Assembly: GCA_964016885.1 (NCBI GenBank)
Contig: OZ024752.1
Coordinates: 23,808,001 to 23,872,000 of the forward strand
Direction: 5' to 3'
DNA from: Eledone cirrhosa
Lineage: Eukaryota
Length of the DNA: 64,000 bases
Made by a program: the position numbers and the translations under genes. The number at the start of each line of letters is the position of its first letter. The first letter of the stretch is position 1. Of the stretch, positions 14,201 through 26,200 are shown piece after piece. The notes beneath the pieces were generated by a model, which saw only the letters and a list, made by a program, of their open reading frames with translations, was not told the DNA's origin and did no database searches.

Positions 14201-17200
14201 TGACAAACAGCACCCAGCATACACTGTAAAGTGGTTGTGTAGCAGACATGACAAACAGCACCCAGCATACACTGTAGAGTGGTAGTGTAGGAGACATGAC
14301 AAACAGCACCCAGCACACACTGTAAAGTGGTTGTGTAGGAGACATGACAAACAACACCCAGCACAGACTGTAAAGTGGTTGTGTAGGAGACATGACAAAC
14401 AGCACACAGCACACACTGTAAAGTAGTTGTGTAGGAGACATGACAAACAGCACACAGCACACACTGTAAAGTGGTTGTGTAGGAGACATAACAAACAGCA
14501 CCCAGCATACACTGTAAAGTGGTTGTGTAGGAGACATGACAAACAGCACCCAGCACACACTGTAGTGTGGTTGTGTAGGAGACATGACAAACAGCACCCA
14601 GCACACACTGTAGTGTGGTTGTGTAGGAGACATGACAAACAGCACCCAGCATACACTGTAAAGTGGTTGTGTAGCAGACATGACAAACAGCACCCAGCAC
14701 ACACTGTAGTGTGGTTGTGTAGGAGACATGACAAACAGCACACAGCACACACTGTAAAGTAGTTGTGTAGGAGACATGACACACAGCACCCAGCACACAC
14801 TGTAAAGTGGTTGTGTAGGAGACATGACAAACAGCACACAGCACACACTGTAAAGTGGTTGTGTAGGAGACATGACAAACAGCACCCAGCACACACTGTA
14901 AAGTGGTTGTGTAGGAGACATGACAAACAGCACCCAGCATACACTGTAAAGTGGTTGTGTAGGAGACATGACAAACAGCACCCAGCACACACTGTAAAGT
15001 GGTTGTGTAGGAGACATGACACACAGCACACACTGTAAAGTGGTTGTGTAGGAGACATGACAAACAACACCCAGCACACACTGTAGAGTGGTTGTGTAGG
15101 AGACATGACAAACAACACCCAGCACAGACTGTAGAGTGGTTGTGTAGGAGACATGACAAACAGCACCCAGCATACACTGTAAAGTGGTTGTGTAGGAGAC
15201 ATGACAAACAACACCCAGCACACACTGTAGAGTGGTTGTGTAGGAGACATGACAAACAACACCCAGCACAGACTGTAGAGTGGTTGTGTAGGAGACATGA
15301 CAAACAGCACCCAGCATACACTGTAAAGTGGTTGTGTAGGAGACATGACAAACAGCACACAGCATACACTGTAAAGTGGTTGTGTAGGAGACATGACAAA
15401 CAGCACCCAGCACACACTGTAAAGTGGTTGTGTAGGAGACATGACAAACAGCACACAGCACACACTGTAAAGTGGTTGTGTAGGAGACATGACAAACAGC
15501 ACACAGCATACACTGTAAAGTGGTTGTGTAGGAGACATGACAAACAGCACCCAGCACACACTGTAAAGTGGTTGTGTAGGAGACATGACACACAGCACAC
15601 ACTGTAAAGTGGTTGTGTAGGAGACATGACAAACAGCACCCAGCACACACTGTAAAGTGGTTGTGTAGCAGACATGACAAACAGCACACAGCATACACTG
15701 TAGAGTGGTTGTGTAGGAGACATGACAAACAGCACCCAGCACACACTGTAAAGTGGTTGTGTAGGAGACATGACACACAGCACACACTGTAAAGTGGTTG
15801 TGTAGGAGACATGACAAACAACACCCAGCACAGATTGTAGAGAGGTTGTGTAGGAGACATGACAAACAGCACACAGCACACACTGTAGTGTGGTTGTGTA
15901 GGTGTCATGACAAACAGCACACAGCATACACTGTAGTGTGGTTGTGTAGGAGACATGACAAACAGCACCCAGCATACACTGTAAAGTGGTTGTGTAGCAG
16001 ACATGACAAACAGCACACAGCATACACTGTAGAGTGGTTGTGTAGGAGACATGACAAACAGCACACAGCATACACTGTAGAGTGGTTGTGTAGGAGACAT
16101 GACAAACAGCACCCAGCATACACTGTAAAGTGGTTGTGTAGGAGACATGACAAACAGCACACAGCATACACTGTAGAGTGGTTGTGTAGGAGACATGACA
16201 AACAGCACCCAGCATACACTGTAAAGTGGTTGTGTAGGAGACATGACAAACAGCACACAGCATACACTGTAGAGTGGTTGTGTAGGAGACATGACAAACA
16301 ACACCCAGCACAGACTGTAGAGTGGTTGTGTAGGAGACATGACAAACAACACCCAGCACACACTGTAAAGTGGTTGTGTAGGAGACATGACAAACAACAC
16401 CCAGCACAGACTGTAGAGTGGTTGTGTAGGAGACATGACAAACAGCACACAGCACACACTGTAGTGTGGTTGTGTAGGTGTCATGACAAACAGCACACAG
16501 CATACACTGTAGTGTGGTTGTGTAGGTGTCATGACAAACAGCACACAGCACACACTGTAGAGTGGTTGTGTAGGAGACATGACGAACAACACCCAGCATA
16601 CACTGTAAAGTGGTTGTGTAGCAGACATGACAAACAGCACCCAGCACACACTGTAAAGTGGTTGTGTAGGAGACATGACAAACAGCACACAGCATACACT
16701 GTAGTGTGGTTGTGTAGGAGACATGACAAACAGCACACAGCATACACTGTAGTGTGGTTGTGTAGGTGTCATGACAAACAGCACCCAGCACACACTGTAG
16801 TGTGGTTGTGTAGGAGACATGACAAACAGCACACAGCATACACTGTAGTGTGGTTGTGTAGGTGTCATGACAAACAGCACACAGCACACACTGTAGAGTG
16901 GTTGTGTAGGAGACATGACAAACAGCACCCAGCACACACTGTAGTGTGGTTGTGTAGGTGTCATGAAAAACAGCACCCAGCACACACTGTAAAGTGGTTG
17001 TGTAGGAGACATGACACACAGCACACACTGTAGAGTGGTTGTGTAGGAGACATGACAAACAACACCCAGCACAGACTGTAGAGTGGTTGTGTAGGACAAA
17101 TGACAAACAGCACCCAGCATACACTGTAAAGTGGTTGTGTAGGACAAATGACAAACAGCACCCAGCATACACTGTAAAGTGGTTGTGTAGGAGACATGAC

Positions 17201-20200
17201 AAACAGCACCCAGCACACACTGTAAATTTGTTTGTAGGAGACATGACAAACAGCACCCAGCATACACTGTAAAGTGGTTGTGTAGGAGACATGACAAACA
17301 GCACCCAGCACACACTGTAGAGTGGTTGTGTAGGTGACATGACAAACAACACCCAGCACAGACTGTAGAGTGGTTGTGTAGGAGACATGACAAACAGCAC
17401 ACAGCACACACTGTAAAGTGGTTGTGTAGGAGTCATGACAAACAGCATCCAGCACACACTGTAAATTTGTTTGTAGGAGACATGACAAACAGCACCCAGC
17501 ATACACTGTAAAGTGGTTGTGTAGGAGACATGAAAAACAGCACCCAGCACACACTGTAGAGTGGTAGTGTAGGAGACATGACAAACAGCACCCAGCACAC
17601 ACTGTAAAGTGGTTGTGTAGGAGACATGACAAACAACACCCAGCACAGACTGTAAAGTGGTTGTGTAGGAGACATGACAAACAGCACACAGCACACACTG
17701 TAAAGTAGTTGTGTAGGAGACATGACAAACAGCACACAGCACACACTGTAAAGTGGTTGTGTAGGAGACATAACAAACAGCACCCAGCATACACTGTAAA
17801 GTGGTTGTGTAGGAGACATGACAAACAGCACCCAGCACACACTGTAGTGTGGTTGTGTAGGAGACATGACAAACAGCACCCAGCACACACTGTAGTGTGG
17901 TTGTGTAGGAGACATGACAAACAGCACCCAGCATACACTGTAAAGTGGTTGTGTAGCAGACATGACAAACAGCACCCAGCACACACTGTAGTGTGGTTGT
18001 GTAGGAGACATGACAAACAGCACACAGCACACACTGTAAAGTAGTTGTGTAGGAGACATGACACACAGCACCCAGCACACACTGTAAAGTGGTTGTGTAG
18101 GAGACATGACAAACAGCACACAGCACACACTGTAAAGTGGTTGTGTAGGAGACATGACAAACAGCACCCAGCACACACTGTAAAGTGGTTGTGTAGGAGA
18201 CATGACAAACAGCACCCAGCATACACTGTAAAGTGGTTGTGTAGGAGACATGACAAACAGCACCCAGCACACACTGTAAAGTGGTTGTGTAGGAGACATG
18301 ACACACAGCACACACTGTAAAGTGGTTGTGTAGGAGACATGACAAACAACACCCAGCACACACTGTAGAGTGGTTGTGTAGGAGACATGACAAACAACAC
18401 CCAGCACAGACTGTAGAGTGGTTGTGTAGGAGACATGACAAACAGCACCCAGCATACACTGTAAAGTGGTTGTGTAGGAGACATGACAAACAACACCCAG
18501 CACACACTGTAGAGTGGTTGTGTAGGAGACATGACAAACAACACCCAGCACAGACTGTAGAGTGGTTGTGTAGGAGACATGACAAACAGCACCCAGCATA
18601 CACTGTAAAGTGGTTGTGTAGGAGACATGACAAACAGCACACAGCATACACTGTAAAGTGGTTGTGTAGGAGACATGACAAACAGCACCCAGCACACACT
18701 GTAAAGTGGTTGTGTAGGAGACATGACAAACAGCACACAGCACACACTGTAAAGTGGTTGTGTAGGAGACATGACAAACAGCACACAGCATACACTGTAA
18801 AGTGGTTGTGTAGGAGACATGACAAACAGCACCCAGCACACACTGTAAAGTGGTTGTGTAGGAGACATGACACACAGCACACACTGTAAAGTGGTTGTGT
18901 AGGAGACATGACAAACAGCACCCAGCACACACTGTAAAGTGGTTGTGTAGCAGACATGACAAACAGCACACAGCATACACTGTAGAGTGGTTGTGTAGGA
19001 GACATGACAAACAGCACCCAGCACACACTGTAAAGTGGTTGTGTAGGAGACATGACACACAGCACACACTGTAAAGTGGTTGTGTAGGAGACATGACAAA
19101 CAACACCCAGCACAGATTGTAGAGAGGTTGTGTAGGAGACATGACAAACAGCACACAGCACACACTGTAGTGTGGTTGTGTAGGTGTCATGACAAACAGC
19201 ACACAGCATACACTGTAGTGTGGTTGTGTAGGAGACATGACAAACAGCACCCAGCATACACTGTAAAGTGGTTGTGTAGCAGACATGACAAACAGCACAC
19301 AGCATACACTGTAGAGTGGTTGTGTAGGAGACATGACAAACAGCACACAGCATACACTGTAGAGTGGTTGTGTAGGAGACATGACAAACAGCACCCAGCA
19401 TACACTGTAAAGTGGTTGTGTAGGAGACATGACAAACAGCACACAGCATACACTGTAGAGTGGTTGTGTAGGAGACATGACAAACAGCACCCAGCATACA
19501 CTGTAAAGTGGTTGTGTAGGAGACATGACAAACAGCACACAGCATACACTGTAGAGTGGTTGTGTAGGAGACATGACAAACAACACCCAGCACAGACTGT
19601 AGAGTGGTTGTGTAGGAGACATGACAAACAACACCCAGCACACACTGTAAAGTGGTTGTGTAGGAGACATGACAAACAACACCCAGCACAGACTGTAGAG
19701 TGGTTGTGTAGGAGACATGACAAACAGCACACAGCACACACTGTAGTGTGGTTGTGTAGGTGTCATGACAAACAGCACACAGCATACACTGTAGTGTGGT
19801 TGTGTAGGTGTCATGACAAACAGCACACAGCACACACTGTAGAGTGGTTGTGTAGGAGACATGACAAACAACACCCAGCATACACTGTAAAGTGGTTGTG
19901 TAGCAGACATGACAAACAGCACCCAGCACACACTGTAGTGTGGTTGTGTAGGAGACATGATAAACAGCACACAGCATACACTGTAGTGTGGTTGTGTAGG
20001 AGACATGACAAACAGCACACAGCATACACTGTAGTGTGGTTGTGTAGGTGTCATGACAAACAGCACCCAGCACACACTGTAGTGTGGTTGTGTAGGAGAC
20101 ATGACAAACAGCACACAGCATACACTGTAGTGTGGTTGTGTAGGTGTCATGACAAACAGCACACAGCACACACTGTAGAGTGGTTGTGTAGGAGACATGA

Positions 20201-23200
20201 CAAACAGCACCCAGCACACACTGTAGTGTGGTTGTGTAGGTGTCATGAAAAACAGCACCCAGCACACACTGTAAAGTGGTTGTGTAGGAGACATGACACA
20301 CAGCACACACTGTAGAGTGGTTGTGTAGGAGACATGACAAACAACACCCAGCACAGACTGTAGAGTGGTTGTGTAGGACAAATGACAAACAGCACCCAGC
20401 ATACACTGTAAAGTGGTTGTGTAGGACAAATGACAAACAGCACCCAGCATACACTGTAAAGTGGTTGTGTAGGAGACATGACAAACAGCACCCAGCACAC
20501 ACTGTAAATTTGTTTGTAGGAGACATGACAAACAGCACCCAGCATACACTGTAAAGTGGTTGTGTAGGAGACATGACAAACAGCACCCAGCACACACTGT
20601 AGAGTGGTTGTGTAGGTGACATGACAAACAACACCCAGCACAGACTGTAGAGTGGTTGTGTAGGAGACATGACAAACAGCACACAGCACACACTGTAAAG
20701 TGGTTGTGTAGGAGTCATGACAAACAGCATCCAGCACACACTGTAAATTTGTTTGTAGGAGACATGACAAACAGCACCCAGCATACACTGTAAAGTGGTT
20801 GTGTAGGAGACATGAAAAACAGCACCCAGCACACACTGTAGAGTGGTTGTGTAGGAGACATGACAAAGAGTACCCAGCATACACCTTAAAGTGGTTGTGT
20901 AGGAGACATGACAAACAGCACCCAGCATACACTGTAAAGTGGTTGTGTAGGAGACATGACAAACAGCACCCAGCATACACTGTAAAGTGGTTGTGTAGGA
21001 GACATGACAAACAGTACCCAGCATACACTGTAAAGTGGTTGTGTAGGAGTCATGACAAATATTACCCAGCATACACTTTAAAGTGGTTGTGTAGGAGTCA
21101 TGACAAACAGCACCCAGCATACACTGTAAAGTGGTTATGTAGGAGACATGACAAACAGCACCCAGCATACACTGTAAAGTGGTTGTGTAGGAGACATGAC
21201 AAACAGCACCCAGCACACACTGTAGTGTGGTTGTGTAGGAGACATGCAAACAGCACCCAGCATACACTTTAAAGTGGTTGTGTAGGAGACACGACAAACA
21301 GCACCCAGCATACACTGTAAAGTTGTTGTGTAGGAGACATGACAAACAACACCCATCACACATTATAAAGTGGTCGAGTAGGATTCATGACAAAAAGCAC
21401 CCAGCACACATTATAAAGTGGTCGAGTAGGATTCATGACAAAAAGCACCCAGTGCACACTGTAAATGTGATTGGCATTAGAAAGGGCATCCAGCCATAGA
21501 AATCTAACCAGAAACAGTTCTATATGAGCAAGACATTGTCACCTGATCCAACGTGCCTCTAATGGGACAACCCGTTTAACCCATACTAGTGTGGAAAATG
21601 GACAAACGATGATGATATATATTGGATGGTAGACTTAATTTGTCACTTGCTTTAACATCACCACCTGATCTTTGGGTATATTTAACAGAATTCAGTCTGC
21701 TACATGCATTTGAGTTAGGCTTCTAGTTTGACAATAACTTCCTCCTTTCCTCCAACAAATCTTGGGTGCCCTGAAAACTAAGATAAAGGGAGGTGGGTGC
21801 TATCTTTCCCTCCCTGATTATATGATAAAAAAATAACTCCGCCTAAAGTGGAGTTATTTTTTTATCATATAAGAACTTAAACAAAATCATACAAACCATA
21901 ACTTTGTTTTTATCTCTTTCTATAACTTTATACTCAGACACATAAAACATACCATACATTAAAACTCATTTAAAGAATATATTTTGATTGTTTCACTTAC
22001 AGTAATTTGAGAAGCTCCTAAAACAGGTTTCTGTGGTTTCTCAAATTTTCTTTCCTGGAGTTGTTCGTTGAAATATCTAAAGAACTGCAAAAGAAAAAGA
22101 AATATTTATATATATATATACTAGCAGATGTACCCGGCGTTGCTCGGGAAATGAATGACAGCCTGTTTGTCCGTATAAAGAGAGCCAAAGGTTGAGCAAA
22201 GAATTGAAATGTAATTGTAAAAAAAAGTTTAACAAAATGGGTGTACAGTGACATGATTGAGTGAAATAAACGGCAACATAAAAACAATTCATGGGGTAGC
22301 TTGAGTTAATTGACGTGAATGATTTCAGGTCCGGCCTTGCTGTAGTAGGTATGCGTAAGGGGATATAAAGATGGAATAGACGCATTGTATGTCCTTCAGT
22401 AGACTAAACGCTATGCGTAAGATGGCGCTGCCACTACCACGTTGACCATCCACTGGACATAGAAATATCATTCCTTGAAGCAAATCGGCCTAGTACTTCA
22501 AAAGTTAAAAGGAGCCTAGTATTTGTACACAGACAGACACACAGGCAGACAGACACACAGACCGACTTGCTCTTATATATATAGATAATAAACAAATTTA
22601 CAAATGTGTTTACACTTTTTTCAATTGCAACAAACTGTTAACAAAGAGAATATACATTCAAATCCCATTACACTGTTATTACCTCACATCAATTTTCACA
22701 TTAATTTTATATATCTGCAAAAAACAACCCACTATGTTTCAAAAAATATGACATGTATTTAACATTTGAATGACTTATAAGCACCATTATGTTTGTATAA
22801 AAGAAAATAATTTCTACATAAAAATTTACCTCTTTTTCACCGGACTCTCGAAATGACAGTCTGATGTATGTGGACGAGCTATGAGATACAGGACCAGATG
22901 CTCTGTTAGGAGATGGTTCACGAAGATATGTCACTATTTTAGCACTGGAATAGTCAATGAAACAATTTTTTCACTAAAAAATATAACATTACACATTCTC
23001 TACATTTCCTAAATGTTCTGTATTGGGAGTGCAGCAATTCTGAATAAAAACTACAACACAATTTCTCTTCTGAACTATTTGTGTATGAGGTGTAGGTGAC
23101 AGAGGTGTCAATTATCATTCAGACAACACTAGAAGCTCTCAAGTCTCCCATTACCAGCATAATGTCCAGTATTGATTAAGGTCATCTGATTCAAGCATGC

Positions 23201-26200
23201 TAACACTTCAGGCCCTGTATTGAAGCAATCATTGAAGCTAATGGAGGATTCATTGAGTAAATATCATAAATGTATTATAAATAATATTTGTACCAATTTG
23301 TATCTAAATATAGCATTTCTTTAATGTTCTATATGAGACTTTTTCTAAATTTATGCAAATGTCTTCAAATAACTGATGTACCTGTAAAATACACCCAGTC
23401 CATGCTAAGTGGTTAGTAAAAGGAATGGCATTCAGCCATAAAACTCATATCAAAATTACATAACATACACAACAAAGATTAGTTATTTTATCTGTTGCTG
23501 TGTGTCTTATATGATTTAGGACTGTATCAAGTGGAAAGATGCTCTGCTGAAACAGATTCACACAACCCATACCAGCAAGGGGGAAAACAGAAGTAAAACA
23601 ATAATAACTGCCTGTTCTCTATGAACACAAGAATTGTAACCTAGATACTCATGTGTCAGACTTCTAACCTATTATTAGCAGGTTCAAACCCTTATTTGAG
23701 TTTGTTTTTAGACATCATATTCATTTTGAATGTCTACCAAATTAGGAAATAAGTACTACAAAGTCAGTTAATTGTAAAAGTACTTGGAAAAAAAACAAGT
23801 ATCGGAAAGAACATTTCTTCATCCAACCCATGCCAGCATGGAGAATCATCATCATCATCATCATCCTCACCATTTAACGTCCATTTTTCCACACTAGCAT
23901 GGGCTCGACGAGTTGCCCAGATGCAAGCCAAACCAGAGCAGATGACCGTCTTCTTCTGAACGATTTTAGCTTGGTTTCTATGGGTGGATGCTCTTCTTAA
24001 TGCCAACCACATTTAGTGTGGACTGGATGCTTTTTGTCATGATACAAACACTAACACTTTACAGTATGGACTAAAAATGATGATATTAACCTTATTCTTA
24101 GAAAAGAATATTTTTGTTTAATATTTACATCTACACTATCCCCTAGTGTTTAGTGACATACACAATAAACACACCCAGTACACACTGTACAGTGGTTGGT
24201 GATAGGAAAGGCATCCAACCACAGAAATCTTACTAAACAAAAGGGTCAGGAGAACCCTCAGTTGTGTCAAAAACCTGACAACATCTCCTGTATACTCGGT
24301 GGAGTGTCAACCATACATAAAGTGAGACAGATACATGGCCTGCCTAGGAGATCAGTGGCTCCTTTCAATACTGACTTGGTCTATGTAGACCAGTCCAACC
24401 CTTGCTAGGAGGGAAAGCAGACATTAAAACGATGCTGATGATGATCTACACTGTTTTAATTGGTGTCACACTTTTCAATAAAAAAACTGGATTTAAACTT
24501 GGAATTTTTACTTTTAACTCGTGTACTTTGTTTTGAAATAGTTTGCTAAAATTTATTTCCTATTGTAAAATTTTGTAAATCAAAAGTTAAGTTACCTTCT
24601 GGCAAACCTTGAAGGATGTTCTTCAATGGATACACATAAAGAAAGAGGTAAGGATAAAATATATTTCTGGAAAAACAAAGATCATAAAGAAATATTTTAG
24701 AAAAAAAATTAATAGAATTTGTAAAATATCTGAAAACTAATTACATGTGTGTATGTACACTAGCATGGAAAGCTAGAATGACCCTTGACTGATTTCCCTT
24801 TCCTGCTGAACCCTTGCACCCCCCAACATTTTCCCAACTAAAGAAAGCCTGGCACACTCCAAATTGACACCCACCTATGCATTTGCTCCAAAGACACTCT
24901 TCCATTCACTGCAGGGCATACCCCAATAAATTCTGACACTATCCACTTGCTTCAAGGCCACCTCCATTCCCCACTTCCAGCAGTGCAATGTCTGTACTCT
25001 AGCCCTAACACCAACCAATGCTTCCCCAAGACCAAGTACACTGAGTACCCTTGTATCTAATGAGGTAGTGCTGGTTCCACAATAAAAAGCACCTAGTTCA
25101 CCCTGTAAGGTGGTAGTGCTCCCATTATACATTGTAAAATGGTTGGTGTTAAAAATGGTATCCAGCCATAGAAATCATGCTTCCAATACACACTATAAAG
25201 TGGTTGACATTAGACAGGGCATCCAGATGTAGAAACCAAGCCAAATCAAAGTAGGTTCTAACTAGTCGGACCTCAGTAAGTTACAGCTGTTTCCATATAC
25301 ATGTCTATCTCAGTTTTTAAAATAGGTATACTGTATTCCTACATGTGATAAGATGTGACAAAAAAGGGTTGGAGTCAAGAAGGACATCCAGCTGTAAAAC
25401 ACTGCCTTAAAATGTCCTATCCAACATGGAAATGGATGTAAAAACAATTATATATAGAGAGAGAGATAGGTAAAATCCCAAATAATCTAACCCACACTAG
25501 CATGTAATATGGACATTAAATGATGGTGATGATGATATATATGTATCACCCTCAATTACTGAATTTGGCATGGAAGTAGGTGTCCATCAGAGCTCATTTT
25601 TTTATTTCCTATTTATTATAATTCTCCAGGCCATGACAGAGGAGTTCAAAATTGGCTGTCCATATGAACTCTTGTGCCAATGACCACTGAAGCCATCTCT
25701 TATACACCACATTTATAAATTGAAAACAAAACAGTATGGTTGTGGTTTTCATGACAAAAAACACCAGTGAACCGGGATCATCCTCATCATTATAATCACC
25801 ACCACCACAACAACAACTTAACTAATCCAGACTTTTGTCAGTTAAATTTTTCACTTGTTTATATATCAAACCAGTTTTTTGAAGGAACATAACAGAAGGT
25901 TTTTTGGAATAATATTATGATGGAAGGTTTTGATGTAACCCTTTTCTTATCAACCCAGCCAAAACTGGCTCTGGTTCTATGAAATAAAGTCACCCATTTC
26001 AAAGGTTTCAAATTTAAATTTTCCAACATAATTTTATTTAAGAACCTTACATTAAGTTAATGTAAGGTTAAGGAAATATTTAATAATTTTAGTAAATCTC
26101 TCAAAATTCTTAATTAATTAATTGAAATAGAGTGTATTAGAAATTCAGTCATGAAAGGGTTAAATATAAGCTTTAAGTTTTTCGATACCAACCCATGAGA

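Noticed and set aside
13761-21363. Giant Cys/His-rich ORFs (up to 2426 aa) as a novel repetitive protein gene
   Set aside because: The 48-bp unit happens to lack stops in all three minus frames. The 41- and 44-bp units shift frames freely, there is no unique N- or C-terminal domain, and the unit is retroelement UTR-derived and intronic.
13787-21470. CRISPR-like array
   Set aside because: No unique spacers; continuous tandem units; eukaryotic intron; no cas genes.
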